In this document: positions 45,315 to 55,725 of the stretch, piece by piece
Layout of the letters: every line of letters begins with the position of its first letter
How positions within the stretch are numbered: position 1 is the stretch's first letter
Origin: an uncultured Candidatus Poseidoniales archaeon
GTDB lineage: Archaea; Thermoplasmatota; Poseidoniia; Poseidoniales; Poseidoniaceae
NCBI GenBank assembly: GCA_905181715.1
Contig: CAJIYT010000013.1
Location: 10,942 to 74,941, forward strand
Reading direction: 5' to 3'
DNA: 64,000 nt
Notes under the pieces: generated by a model
Databases searched by the model: none
The model's input: the letters and a program-made list of their open reading frames with translations, nothing else
Told to the model about the DNA's origin: nothing
Translations under genes and position numbers: made by a program

Positions 45315-46919
45315 TTAACGCTTTGAGAATATATTCTTAAACAGCTTAATTGAAGTACGATCGGGAGCATCTCTCTTTTCTCTCTTCCAGGTGTCGGGAT
45401 GGAGCAATAATAATGCAGTCAACAATTCAAGACGGCCAAACCACATTAATGCTGAAGTGGTAATCAACGCTCCAGAATTCATTTCAGCCCAGGTGGTACT
45501 GGGACCATAAGACCCTAATGCCGGTCCGGTATTGCCTAATGATGAGGCGACGACAGAGAAAATTGTCTCAAAATCTGAATCCTGCATGAAAAATGCTAGA
45601 GCGAGACATGCTAGAGAAAACAGCATTATCCACACGAATAGCATACCGATAATCATTCCTAAACGTTCCCGTTGCACAACCTCGCCATTCATCCTGATGC
45701 GCTGAACCTTTCGCGGTTGGGTTATGCGACCAATTTCACGGGTTGCTACTTTGAATGCGAGATTTATTCGCAGTACTTTGAGGCCACCAGCAGTCGATCC
45801 TGCGCATCCTCCTACTATCATTAATAGGATAATCAATACATGGGCAATAACCGGCCAAATGCCATAATCAGTGATCACATAGCCGGTTGAACTAGCTATT
45901 GCAACCACAGTAAAAAGCGCATCCCTAAAGCCGCTTTCTGAGTTATCTGAGGCATATAATACAATGGTGATGAATAGTGTAATCACTGTTATCATCCCAA
46001 TAAATAATCGCCCTTCTTCATCGCGGAAAGATTTCTTCCACTGTCCTTCCCAAGCAAACCAGATCAAGGTGAAATTGATACCTGCCAAGAGCATGAAAAC
46101 TATGATAATAGTCTCGACTATCGCAGAATCATAGAACCCTATACTTGCATCATGGGTGGAAAAACCGCCGGATGGCATTGTGGTCAAGCCATGGTTGATG
46201 GCATCAAATACCGAGAGGCCACCGATCGACCACAATAAAATGATCTCCAATAAGGTCAGTACAAAGTAAATGCTCCATAAGGCAAGTGCCGTTTGTTGAA
46301 CCCTTGGCCTTAGTCGTGAAAGTGAAGGACCGGTTAATTCGGCTCTAGCCAATGCCATCCCACCGCCAAGAATACGTGATAGCATGAGCATACCTAGCAT
46401 TATGATACCCATCCCACCTAACCACTGGGTCATCGAGCGCCAAAGTAAAACCCCTTTCGGTTGGGAATTGATACAGTCAACGGTCACTCCGGCGATACAA
46501 TTGGGACTCATCGAATAGTCGATTACAGTGGCCCCTGTAGTGGTAAAACCACTCATTGACTCAAACCAACTATTTATCGCTCCTCGTGTGATATCTATCA
46601 TACTGGAATCTGTAAAAGGCCCATGGAATACCCCGCTGAGCCAAAAGGGCAAACCACCGATTAATACTGCAAACGGCCAAGCCAGAGCAACTGCTGCAAA
46701 AGCCTCTCTATCACGCAATCTTTCACTGGTATCGGTTCGTACAAAATATCCGAGTAGGAGTATTCCAATCATCCCACTCAAAATCGTAGGAATCAAAAAT
46801 GATTGAGCAGCCATGGCAAAACCATCCATCGCCCAGGTGACTATGAAGCATAGTACCAATGGCGCGATTAGGGCAATCATAGTCCAGCCCACAATCAGGG
46901 CAAGTACGTCTTTACGCAT
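45315..46919 (-). CDS. trkH: Trk-type K+ transporter membrane subunit TrkH
   Basis: Repeated M1-P-M2 units with selectivity-filter-like segments (SGFTTTGATV, SGGFSTHD, SSTGY, LGNTGP). Confidence 0.85.
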   Translation of the reverse strand: MRKDVLALIVGWTMIALIAPLVLCFIVTWAMDGFAMAAQSFLIPTILSGMIGILLLGYFVRTDTSERLRDREAFAAVALAWPFAVLIGGLPFWLSGVFHGPFTDSSMIDITRGAINSWFESMSGFTTTGATVIDYSMSPNCIAGVTVDCINSQPKGVLLWRSMTQWLGGMGIIMLGMLMLSRILGGGMALARAELTGPSLSRLRPRVQQTALALWSIYFVLTLLEIILLWSIGGLSVFDAINHGLTTMPSGGFSTHDASIGFYDSAIVETIIIVFMLLAGINFTLIWFAWEGQWKKSFRDEEGRLFIGMITVITLFITIVLYASDNSESGFRDALFTVVAIASSTGYVITDYGIWPVIAHVLIILLMIVGGCAGSTAGGLKVLRINLAFKVATREIGRITQPRKVQRIRMNGEVVQRERLGMIIGMLFVWIMLFSLACLALAFFMQDSDFETIFSVVASSLGNTGPALGSYGPSTTWAEMNSGALITTSALMWFGRLELLTALLLLHPDTWKREKRDAPDRTSIKLFKNIFSKR

Positions 46920-46922
46920 TTT

Positions 46923-48338
46923 TCACACCTTGAAGCGTTTTTCTAAATCACTAACCCGGTCAGGGGGTAGGAAAATCGTCATTCGGTCACCTAATTGAAT
47001 AGTTTTGGATGGGGATGGGCGCAGAGTCTCAAGCCCATTTGCGGTTTTCCGCTGAATAAATGCAACTTTACACCATTCAGGAAGGTCACAATCTGCTAGC
47101 GCCTTACCGACAAACTTCACCTTTTCACCAACGGGTAAACAAATACCAACTACGTCTGATATCGAGGAAAGTACTGCATATGGTCCTGGTAACTCTGTGT
47201 GTACTTTAGCTAACATTCCATCGACAGCAATACGGTTCTTATCGACAGCAAAGGTAATTCCCATTCTCCTTACAACATTGACCAAATCAGCAGATGTTAG
47301 AATTAAACCAGTTCTCTCTACTCCAAGATCACTGGCTAGAAGAGCAGCAGCAATAGATTCGTTATCATTGTCAAGTGCTGCGATTGCAATGTCATGTGAA
47401 GATATTTCAATTTCGGAGAGCAAACCTTTGTCGAGATGGTCTCCGTGAATTATTTCCAAACTGGAATTACTTGCAATATTGGTTCCTGCGAGAGAGTTTG
47501 CTTTTTGCAGGTCTCTTTCGACAATAGTCACACTACCGCCCATTTCCAAGATTTTCTCTGCAATTCTAATCCCAACTTTACCAGCTCCAAATATTGCTAC
47601 TCTTGGGGCTACAGGAAAGTCAACTACCTCGTGACCAAATATTCTTAGAATTCTACTGAAAGATGCTTCACCAGTTGTCGCAACTGCAACTCTATCATGT
47701 GGTAAGATTTTCTCGTCTTCATTCGGAATCCTTCCTGGCTCTGACTGACGCTTCAAGCCGACAATCAATGGCAGCTCTCCTTCGATTCTTTTAGCTGATT
47801 CTCTCAAGGTAGAGAAGGTGACATCACCAGCATCAGCAGTGACATCTAATTCGAGGATAAAAGCCTCTGAACCAAAAGGAATAACCTGTTCAAATGACGA
47901 CGATCGCAGACCAGACATCAAGCGGTCTATCGCACCATCTATTGGATTGATTACGAAATCTACCGTAGTCCATTCTTTCAAATCGCCATTCAAGGACTCT
48001 GCTACTAATTTTGGGTCATGTAGACGACAGATAGTGGTAAGTTTACTTCCGCTGCCATTGGTTGCTCTAGCATGTGCATGTTTTGCTAGTGCACATGATA
48101 GTAGATTTCTCTCATCTGATTGAGTCGCAGCAATGTATACCTGAGCATCTTCTATACCCGCTTCAATAAATTTCGATCGATGTGTTACATCCCCTTGGAT
48201 TACCAGAACATCGAGTCCCTGGGCACTCTTTACAGCGCGTGCATCGTGATCCATTAGAACCACGTCCTTTGACTCATTACGCAGAGCCTGTGCCAATTCG
48301 GTACCGACTCTACCGGCACCTCCGATAATGATTCTCAT
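46923..48338 (-). CDS. trkA: Trk system NAD-binding subunit TrkA (two RCK-N/RCK-C units)
   Basis: MRIIIGGAGRVGTELA and a second Rossmann motif VAIFGAGKVGIRIA. It lies 3 nt upstream of trkH. Confidence 0.85.
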   Translation of the reverse strand: MRIIIGGAGRVGTELAQALRNESKDVVLMDHDARAVKSAQGLDVLVIQGDVTHRSKFIEAGIEDAQVYIAATQSDERNLLSCALAKHAHARATNGSGSKLTTICRLHDPKLVAESLNGDLKEWTTVDFVINPIDGAIDRLMSGLRSSSFEQVIPFGSEAFILELDVTADAGDVTFSTLRESAKRIEGELPLIVGLKRQSEPGRIPNEDEKILPHDRVAVATTGEASFSRILRIFGHEVVDFPVAPRVAIFGAGKVGIRIAEKILEMGGSVTIVERDLQKANSLAGTNIASNSSLEIIHGDHLDKGLLSEIEISSHDIAIAALDNDNESIAAALLASDLGVERTGLILTSADLVNVVRRMGITFAVDKNRIAVDGMLAKVHTELPGPYAVLSSISDVVGICLPVGEKVKFVGKALADCDLPEWCKVAFIQRKTANGLETLRPSPSKTIQLGDRMTIFLPPDRVSDLEKRFKV

Positions 48339-48340
48339 TT

Positions 48341-50041
48341 TTAGCCTCCAAAGTCCTCTACGGAGTATTTATTCTCCCAATTCCCACCAGTGATTACTGG
48401 TTCTCCTTGGGTATAATACATCCTTGGTTCTCTCGTAATTTTGCCATTGTAGGAATTATCATACTTGGTTCCATGGTAATAGCCATATATTTTTTCGCCG
48501 GATTGATCCGCTTGCTCAATCCAATTAATGTAAGCAGTCGGTGTTTGAATAAGCCATTTCTTATTCACTACATCCACAGGTGCTTCAATATAACATGAAC
48601 TTAGCGAGATTCCAACCTCTTCACAATATTTGTCTGAAAGTGGCATCATAATATATGCCCATCCGTGACCTTCCCAGCGACCATAATCAGCGGCAGTAAG
48701 GGCTCCGAAGACATACCAAGTCGGGACATTCTTCACTCGCATAATACTCATGTATGCATTGGATTGTTCGTCACAATCGCCAACACCTTGAGCGAGACAA
48801 TCATCACCATTGCGTGGTGGTTCGCCGAAATTTGAACTGACTGCCATCTCGTATAACTCCTGTGCGTTAGGATATCTAACAAAAGAATCTGCACTCGGGT
48901 CAGCCATATAATCAAAGGCAGCTCGTGCAAATGCGTAGACATTACCTTTCATGTTTGCGGGCAAGGATGCATCTATTTCGGTCGCTGCTCGAATTACCGA
49001 TGGTGCGGTGTTTGTACCATCGATTGCCCAATTTGCGGAGCCACTAGATGCGCGATTATACCATGTCTTACTCAAAGAAAAAGTGCTAGATCTAATCCCT
49101 TGTTCACGATTAGCGATTTCGGAAAAAGAACCGGATCTTTCGATATTTATTCCCTCTGATTTCCCATCGATTCGGCTATCTACCTGTACTGAATTCCACC
49201 AAGAAAAACTAGTTGACTTCAATTTTATGACGACATCTACTCGTCGGTGACAGGTAGTATCGACCAATAATCGTGTAGCCATATCTGAGCGTTTGCAGGT
49301 TTCAGTAGCCTGGAGGCCAGATTCGAGATGACTAGCGACTTTGATACAAGGTCCATGGTAGCAATAATCTACAGAACTCTCACTTTTTCTGGTCTCAGGC
49401 CACCATACATCGGTACCTTTTTGTGTAGTCTCAGCCGCTGCACGATTCTTAACACCACTTGTTTCGACATTAATGGTTTCACCATCGACTAATACCTTGA
49501 TGGAAATGATATGCTGAATCGGAATTTTACCGGGAGATTTGGTTACATCAGCATAGGCAAATCCATTGCCATGTTCGAAATTATAAACCTCTGGTGGGAG
49601 TGGTATACTCTCTACAACACCGGCAGTTTGAGTATCATTATTCCAGTAAGATACCGTCCGGACCAATGTATATTCTGTTTCATGTGGATATTCATAACCA
49701 GGCATTACCATATCAGCAGCTAATTCTTGAATTTCAGCCCATTGCGCCAAAGCATATTGCTTGGCATCAGGCGAAAGGAATACGAAAGCCACTACGCCGA
49801 GCATTGCGAGTTGGTAGACACGCGACTTTTTCTTTCCACGTCGGCGTCGCATCGGTTTCGCAGCTTGTCTCGGAGCCATACCCTTTTTCGCACCACGTGA
49901 AGAAGAACGTTGGAATTCACCCTTCTCACGGCCACCCATCCCAGAAGCACCACTGATTACCCTACCGCAACTATAGCAGATAGAGTCCCCTTCCATAGTA
50001 GGGGATAAGCAGAATGGACAACTTCCCATCATGCTGACCAT
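48341..50041 (-). CDS. membrane-anchored transglutaminase-like cysteine protease-fold protein with N-terminal zinc ribbon
   Basis: CPFC-x11-CYSC ribbon, an R/K-rich linker, a TM (LAMLGVVAFVFL) and a large ectodomain ending in the transglutaminase core GVGDCDEQSNAYMSI...GHGWAYI. ATG 50041 has a GGAGG SD 8 nt upstream; the track ORF starts at 50056. Confidence 0.7.
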   Translation of the reverse strand: MVSMMGSCPFCLSPTMEGDSICYSCGRVISGASGMGGREKGEFQRSSSRGAKKGMAPRQAAKPMRRRRGKKKSRVYQLAMLGVVAFVFLSPDAKQYALAQWAEIQELAADMVMPGYEYPHETEYTLVRTVSYWNNDTQTAGVVESIPLPPEVYNFEHGNGFAYADVTKSPGKIPIQHIISIKVLVDGETINVETSGVKNRAAAETTQKGTDVWWPETRKSESSVDYCYHGPCIKVASHLESGLQATETCKRSDMATRLLVDTTCHRRVDVVIKLKSTSFSWWNSVQVDSRIDGKSEGINIERSGSFSEIANREQGIRSSTFSLSKTWYNRASSGSANWAIDGTNTAPSVIRAATEIDASLPANMKGNVYAFARAAFDYMADPSADSFVRYPNAQELYEMAVSSNFGEPPRNGDDCLAQGVGDCDEQSNAYMSIMRVKNVPTWYVFGALTAADYGRWEGHGWAYIMMPLSDKYCEEVGISLSSCYIEAPVDVVNKKWLIQTPTAYINWIEQADQSGEKIYGYYHGTKYDNSYNGKITREPRMYYTQGEPVITGGNWENKYSVEDFGG

Positions 50042-50057
50042 GTTCGGAGCCTCCATG

Positions 50058-50079
50058 AAGGTTGCTGAGGGGCAACCTT
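50058..50079 (-). other. perfect 8-bp inverted repeat / hairpin (AAGGTTGC-6 nt-GCAACCTT)
   Basis: Read directly from the sequence. It lies in the 84-99 nt gap between the stop of the 50141-50878 gene and the transglutaminase-like gene, just 5' of its SD. Confidence 0.5.
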
Positions 50080-50140
50080 TGTCGACCTTTATCTATGATA
50101 AGAACCCTATTTGCTCTAAGTAAGGCGAATAAGTATGCAC

Positions 50141-50878
50141 TTACTCTTCTTCGATGCTTGCTTCTCTGGCCTTTTCTGCCCATATGCGCCTAAGTCGTCT
50201 CCGAGCAGGCTTTGGCACTGCAGCCCAGACCCATTTCTCTGCATTTCTTTCGGCTAGTAAGGTCAACGGGATGATGAAGATCCAAGTTATAGGTTGTAGG
50301 ACTGAATAGTAAAGTGCGGATAAGAAAATGGTGCGAATGAAAAACGAACGAAAAACCGCTCGCCACCGCTCGCCCTCAAGCATACGATAGCCATGATGTG
50401 CGCACATCAGAGCCTCGCAACGCGGGGTTATTATGGCCAAAAGAACTATGTTAGCAATGATGAGTAAACTTACATCATAAACTTGAAGAACACGAAATAT
50501 AAGATACATAGCAGTCATTCCACCAATTGCCAAACCCAGAGCCCAACCACTGGTTGGCTGAGATCCAGTTTTACGTACCCGAACTCGCCTCAGCATCATG
50601 TGAATGACCACACTAATCGCCAATATTATGACTAGATTAGAAATGGAATTACCAGAGGTAACTCCAGTTAATCCAGCGGTGACGAAGGGCACGAATATGT
50701 ATCCATCAGCTAGAGAAGCATATATTCCACCAATCAAGATACCCCAAAAAATCTGATTCCACGCAGTTGGTAAGTCATAAAATCCAGAAAAGCGAGTCAT
50801 TACCCCGCGCCAGCCTAGTGCCATCCCAACTAAAGCCGTCATCGAGGCCACTTGGAAGAGGATGGCTTCACTGACCAT
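50141..50878 (-). CDS. hypothetical 6-7 TM membrane protein
   Basis: 245 aa, polytopic, with a basic/acidic C-terminal tail (RRRLRRIWAEKAREASIEEE). No recognisable catalytic motifs. Confidence 0.5.
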   Translation of the reverse strand: MVSEAILFQVASMTALVGMALGWRGVMTRFSGFYDLPTAWNQIFWGILIGGIYASLADGYIFVPFVTAGLTGVTSGNSISNLVIILAISVVIHMMLRRVRVRKTGSQPTSGWALGLAIGGMTAMYLIFRVLQVYDVSLLIIANIVLLAIITPRCEALMCAHHGYRMLEGERWRAVFRSFFIRTIFLSALYYSVLQPITWIFIIPLTLLAERNAEKWVWAAVPKPARRRLRRIWAEKAREASIEEE

Positions 50879-50954
50879 GAGGAGCCCTTGTGCCTTCCAT
50901 TCATCTTAGTTGTGGCAGCGAGGGGTTCAAGTCCTGCCTCTGCGCCACAGTGAC

Positions 50955-52154
50955 ATGGCACGACTACTCCTGTTCGGAGGTAAAGGAGGAGTAGGCAAGA
51001 CAACCACCTCTACAGCGACAGCTGTTGGTTTGGCTAGAGCCGGTCTGAAGGTCTTGCTAGTAAGTAGCGATCCTGCCCACAGTACAAGTGATAGCTTGGG
51101 TGTCGAATTGGGTTCAGAACCAACAGAGGTAGCAGGAATTCCCGGGCTATGGGGCTTGGAATTAGATCCAGAGGCCAAAATCAGTGACATGTTGCCCAAT
51201 ATTTCAGAATCGATGGCTGGACCGATGGCTGGAATGCTTGGCTCTGATGCACTCAACGAGATTAATGAGATGAAGGAAGAGGTTTCGACATCTGAGATGA
51301 TACTTCCTGGCCTCGATGAAGCGATGGCATTTGACGAGTTACTGAAACATCTAGAAAATCCCAATTGGGATGTAATTGTCTTTGATACTGCACCGACCGG
51401 CCACACATTGCGTTTCCTTGCCCTACCAGAAATAATCGAGACGTGGGCAGATCGAATAATCCGTATGCATCGTGTGACTGGAGGAATTCGCTCTATTCTA
51501 TTTGGACGTAAAGAAGGCGATAAAATGCGTGAGGAGTTAGAACGCTTTAGACGTAGAGTCTTGCATGTTAGAAGAATCCTTTGCGACCCAAGGTTGACGC
51601 GTTTCACCCTTGTCACAATCCCAGAAAAGATGGGCGTAAATGAGTCGATTAGGGCATATGAATCGCTTATGGAATTCAATCTCCCAGTTTCTGGTTGCGT
51701 AATCAACCGAAAAACCCCTGACATAGACCACCAATTCATCAAACGACGTCGTGAGATGGAGGAAGGCTATTGCCAAGAATTAGAGGAGCGTTTGAGCGAC
51801 TTGGTTTTCAAACATGTTGAATTGCTAGAAGGTGATGTACATGGTTTTGATAGATTAGATGAAATGTCCAAATTACTTCATGGCGAAATCGAATTGTCTG
51901 ACGGTCTTGGTCCTTTTGATATCGGTTTAGGATTGCAGGTTAATCGAGGTAGTTGGCGTGAGGGTGATGAGGTCCAGGTTCACCTTCCTGCAATTGAACG
52001 CGAAGAACTTTCACTACGTTCTGAAGAAGGGGTTCTAATGGTTGGAATCAACGGCCGCGAACACGAGATAGAACACCATTCACCAGTCAAGGCCAGTCAA
52101 GTCGGTGCAAAGTTAAATGGCGACGTACTCCATCTGTCCTTTCCTGAAAAGTAG
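50955..52154 (+). CDS. arsA: ArsA/Get3-family ATPase with C-terminal HSP20-like (alpha-crystallin) domain
   Basis: LLLFGGKGGVGKTTTS P-loop, SSDPAHSTSD and FDTAPTGHTLRFL switch motifs. The C-terminal 90 aa or so form a beta-sandwich-like region (VQVHLPAIEREELSLRSEEGVLMVGING...GDVLHLSF). ATG 50955 lies within the track ORF. Confidence 0.85.
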   Translation: MARLLLFGGKGGVGKTTTSTATAVGLARAGLKVLLVSSDPAHSTSDSLGVELGSEPTEVAGIPGLWGLELDPEAKISDMLPNISESMAGPMAGMLGSDALNEINEMKEEVSTSEMILPGLDEAMAFDELLKHLENPNWDVIVFDTAPTGHTLRFLALPEIIETWADRIIRMHRVTGGIRSILFGRKEGDKMREELERFRRRVLHVRRILCDPRLTRFTLVTIPEKMGVNESIRAYESLMEFNLPVSGCVINRKTPDIDHQFIKRRREMEEGYCQELEERLSDLVFKHVELLEGDVHGFDRLDEMSKLLHGEIELSDGLGPFDIGLGLQVNRGSWREGDEVQVHLPAIEREELSLRSEEGVLMVGINGREHEIEHHSPVKASQVGAKLNGDVLHLSFPEK

Positions 52155-52191
52155 CGTTGGGTTGAAAACATTGGCCTGATTCGGATGGCTG

Positions 52192-53556
52192 ATGGCGCTT
52201 GAAGGTCTCTCTCAAGGTATCCTTTCCTCACTTGGCTTGCTCAAGAGTAGACGCAAACTCGATGAGGCTGAAATGCGAGAGATGATCAAAGCATTACGCC
52301 GTGCTCTACAAGAAGCAGATTTCAACGTAAGACAAACCAAGGAGATCACCGAACGTCTCGAATCACGAATGAGTGAGGAAGAGCCGAGACCTGGCACAAC
52401 TCTACAAACACATGCTCTCAATATCATCTATGCTGAATTGGTGCGAATACTCGGGCCAAGCCGTGAGCCTAGACCAAGACAAATCACTATGCTTATGGTT
52501 GGCCTTTACGGTCAAGGAAAGACCACTACTACAGCAAAACTGGCAGAATGGTATCGGCGCATACATGGTGTGAAAGTTGCAGTAATCGAAGCAGACGTTC
52601 ATCGACCAGGTGCATATTCTCAACTCACTCAATTATTGGAGGACTCAACTGTTGAGGTTTATGGTGAACCGGATAATACTGATGCGGTTTCTATTGTTCG
52701 CAATGGACTCGCAGCTCATGCAACTGCAGACATGGTCATCATCGACACCGCCGGGCGTCATCAACTCGATCAGGATTTAGTCGATGAGTTAGAACAGATA
52801 AGCGAATTAGCACGGGCGGAAGAACGAATATTGGTAATAGATGCCCAAGTAGGTCAATCAGCAGGTCCAGTGGCTGCCTCTTTCCATGACTTAGCAGGGA
52901 TTACTGGGATTATCATCACTAAACTCGATGGAACCGCTAGAGGCGGTGGCGCACTTTCTGCTGTCGCTGCAACAGGTTCGCCGATAATGTACATCGGTGT
53001 TGGCGAACGGGTTCAGGATTTAGAAAGATTCGAGGGAGACCGTTTTATCTCCAGATTACTCGGAATGGGCGATATCAGGGGCTTGATTGATCTCGCTCCC
53101 GAAGATATGGACGAAGAGGAAGCTATGCGCTTGACACAGAGGATGATGAGTGGGCGATTTACTCTCAATGATATGTACAAGCAGATGGAGATGATGTCGA
53201 AAGTTGGCACCATTGACAAATTGATGTCATTTCTTCCTTCAGGAATGTTTGGAGGAATGGGTGCTATGGGAAAAGCTCAGAAAATGGAGATGCAGTCTAA
53301 TTTGGATCGTTTCCAGGTGATTATGGATTCCATGACCACATATGAGAAGAACGAACCAGCAAAGGTCAAGGCAGAACGTATTCGAAGAATAGCAAGAGGT
53401 TCAGGTGTGCGAGAAAAGGATGTCCGTGAATTGATAGCACAATGGGGTCGCTCACGCAAGATGATGAAAGGTATGAGTGGCAATCGTCAGATGAGTAAGA
53501 AGATGAAATCCATGATGCGCGATGACAATATGGACTTGGAAGGCCTTGGCCTCTAA
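52192..53556 (+). CDS. srp54: signal recognition particle protein SRP54
   Basis: N domain, then G-domain motifs [19 protein letters not shown] and TKLDG, and a Met-rich M domain ([16 protein letters not shown]...). Confidence 0.95.
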   Translation: MALEGLSQGILSSLGLLKSRRKLDEAEMREMIKALRRALQEADFNVRQTKEITERLESRMSEEEPRPGTTLQTHALNIIYAELVRILGPSREPRPRQITMLMVGLYGQGKTTTTAKLAEWYRRIHGVKVAVIEADVHRPGAYSQLTQLLEDSTVEVYGEPDNTDAVSIVRNGLAAHATADMVIIDTAGRHQLDQDLVDELEQISELARAEERILVIDAQVGQSAGPVAASFHDLAGITGIIITKLDGTARGGGALSAVAATGSPIMYIGVGERVQDLERFEGDRFISRLLGMGDIRGLIDLAPEDMDEEEAMRLTQRMMSGRFTLNDMYKQMEMMSKVGTIDKLMSFLPSGMFGGMGAMGKAQKMEMQSNLDRFQVIMDSMTTYEKNEPAKVKAERIRRIARGSGVREKDVRELIAQWGRSRKMMKGMSGNRQMSKKMKSMMRDDNMDLEGLGL

Positions 53557-55077
53557 TCAATATGAGCGTGAGAGCAAGACCCTGCGAGAGGTTGGCTTTC
53601 CAGTGATAATGCAGTTCCTCTCTTCGGGATAATCAGTAGTGGAGTCTCCAAGGAAACTTAGAGAGGTTGCACGTTCTATAACTTCAGCATCAGCATCGGT
53701 GCCATCAAATGGCATCTCATAAATCGTATCGGTTTCCACTTGACCATTCATTTGCCATTTACCATCTACTTGTTTGAATTCAGGTAATGGCTGAATAATA
53801 TTTTCAGCACTTGCTGCTGATCTATTACGCAATTCATCGGCTATCTCAAGCAATGCCGTTTGCACTTCATTTACGATGTCACTCAATGGCATTGGCTGCT
53901 TTCCACCAGTACGTTTTGCAGAAAAAGCGTGACCTTTCTCCACATCTCTGGGACCAATATCGAGTCTTAGCGGGATGCCTTTAATCTCACAATCGTAGTA
54001 TTTAGTACCCGGGCGTAAATCTCGGTCATCGACTTTGTAGCGTATTCCTACTTCGTCCAATTTACGACACACCTCAGCAATCGCTATTCCAACTGCTGGG
54101 TCTTTATCTGGCATGATTGGAATAATTGCAACCTGGATAGGTGCGATTGCTGGTGGCATTATCAGACCATCATCGTCTCCATGGACGCCGACAACGGCAC
54201 CAAGTAATCTCTCAGACATCCCATAGGTAGTCTGGTGGCAATATTGCTGCTCTGCATTTTCGTCCTCATAGGTAATATCGAATGCTTTAGCCCATTGGTC
54301 ACGATAATGATGACAACTAGCTACCTGTAGTGTTCTACCGTCTGGCATGATAGCATCGATGCCAATAGTGTACCAAGCACCAGGGAATGTATCCCACACT
54401 GGGCGTTTTGCTTTGATAATCGGTAAGCAAAGGTCATGCATAATCCGATCGACCATCTCCATATCTTGCTCGATTTGGCGGGTAGCACAGGCTTCATCCG
54501 CATGAGCTGTATGGGCTTCGAAGAAGTGAATCTCACGGACACGGATGAAACTACGGGTTTGTTTTGTCTCATAGCGGAAGGTGTTGACCATTTGGTAAAC
54601 CTTGAGAGGTAAATCAGCATGCGATCTTATCCACAAAGGGAACATGGTATACATAGCAGTCTCAGAAGTAGGTCGTAAGAACATCGGTATGTCGAGTTCG
54701 TTTTCACCAGCGTTCTTGACCCAATAAACCTCTTTTTTGAATCCACCTTCTTCTTCGTCCATCCGCAAGTCGTCAGGATCAACACCTTCATCACGTGCTT
54801 TTTTGAGTCGGGCTACCAAGGCGTTCTCCTTATCGAGAAGATTCTCGGGAATGAGGAGTGGGAAATTAACTTCTTCGTGGTCTGTTCTTTCCATCTCGCG
54901 ATGGGTAAGTGAATCGATTAAGCGCATTGTTTTCCAGCCATAAGGCCGCCAGACGTCCATACCCTTGATCGGATAGCGTTTGTCGACAAGGTCACTGGCT
55001 TCGACGATGAAAGGATACCAAGCAGCAAACTCATCTTTCTTAGATGGAATACCGCGCTTTGCCTTTCCCTTCGCCAT
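53557..55077 (-). CDS. proS: prolyl-tRNA synthetase (archaeal/eukaryotic type)
   Basis: FAAWYPFIVEASDLVD..YPIKGMDVWRPYGW N-terminus, class II motifs (FRYE, REIHFFEAHT) and a C-terminal Zn-domain-type extension ending in Y. Confidence 0.9.
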   Translation of the reverse strand: MAKGKAKRGIPSKKDEFAAWYPFIVEASDLVDKRYPIKGMDVWRPYGWKTMRLIDSLTHREMERTDHEEVNFPLLIPENLLDKENALVARLKKARDEGVDPDDLRMDEEEGGFKKEVYWVKNAGENELDIPMFLRPTSETAMYTMFPLWIRSHADLPLKVYQMVNTFRYETKQTRSFIRVREIHFFEAHTAHADEACATRQIEQDMEMVDRIMHDLCLPIIKAKRPVWDTFPGAWYTIGIDAIMPDGRTLQVASCHHYRDQWAKAFDITYEDENAEQQYCHQTTYGMSERLLGAVVGVHGDDDGLIMPPAIAPIQVAIIPIMPDKDPAVGIAIAEVCRKLDEVGIRYKVDDRDLRPGTKYYDCEIKGIPLRLDIGPRDVEKGHAFSAKRTGGKQPMPLSDIVNEVQTALLEIADELRNRSAASAENIIQPLPEFKQVDGKWQMNGQVETDTIYEMPFDGTDADAEVIERATSLSFLGDSTTDYPEERNCIITGKPTSRRVLLSRSY

Positions 55078-55114
55078 ACAAATACCTCAATAGGTTCTTT
55101 CATCAATCTGCCGC

Positions 55115-55684
55115 TTACTTTTTGCGACTGAATAGCAACATTAGTACAATACTACCAGCCAAGAGTGCGTAATCAGGTATACCGAATGGATAAACCTCAG
55201 ACCAACCTTGGCCATTGAATATATTTTGAATATCCAACCAATTGATTCGGTTAGCACCCTCGGTCGGACAGAGACCGGTACTACCAACTGGTTCGATACA
55301 TACACTTCCCAAGGCTATACCAAAGAGTCCAGCCATATTCGATACAGATACGAATAGTGATAAGAAACCTAACTTGAACATTATCCCCCGCTTCTTCTTT
55401 ACAGGCAGGGGAGGGAGTTCCTTATGCAATGGAGGGAGTGTTGATGGAGCCTGACCTTCTACAACTTCAACCATCAAACTAGTTGGAGGGGCTATTTCAG
55501 TAATATCGCCGCTAGCATCCGTAATTGATGCGGAAGGTTTACTCGCAATGATTGGTTCAATAGTTACGCCATAGATTCTTTCAGCAAGGCTTGCAAGCAC
55601 TGGGTCACTTGCAATTTGCTCAGCATCGAACTCGCCATCGAGTAATTGCTGAAGTCTGCTGCTGCCCTCTTCCATGCGACTCAC
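55115..55684 (-). CDS. hypothetical membrane protein (2 TM)
   Basis: 189 aa: a soluble acidic/Pro-rich N-terminal half followed by two hydrophobic helices. No recognised family. Confidence 0.45.
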   Translation of the reverse strand: MSRMEEGSSRLQQLLDGEFDAEQIASDPVLASLAERIYGVTIEPIIASKPSASITDASGDITEIAPPTSLMVEVVEGQAPSTLPPLHKELPPLPVKKKRGIMFKLGFLSLFVSVSNMAGLFGIALGSVCIEPVGSTGLCPTEGANRINWLDIQNIFNGQGWSEVYPFGIPDYALLAGSIVLMLLFSRKK

Positions 55685-55725
55685 CCTTAGATGCCTGTGA
55701 ATTATTCATTATGAACAGTGTGGTC

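Noticed and set aside
50927-51742. 271-aa ORF antisense to the ArsA/Get3 gene
   Set aside because: It is Ser/Arg/Pro-rich and low in complexity, has no recognisable motifs, and lies entirely opposite a strongly conserved P-loop ATPase frame. This is a typical shadow ORF. The same reasoning applies to the other antisense ORFs listed in the track, for example 11957-12439, 26933-27373, 43882-44313 and 59798-60214.
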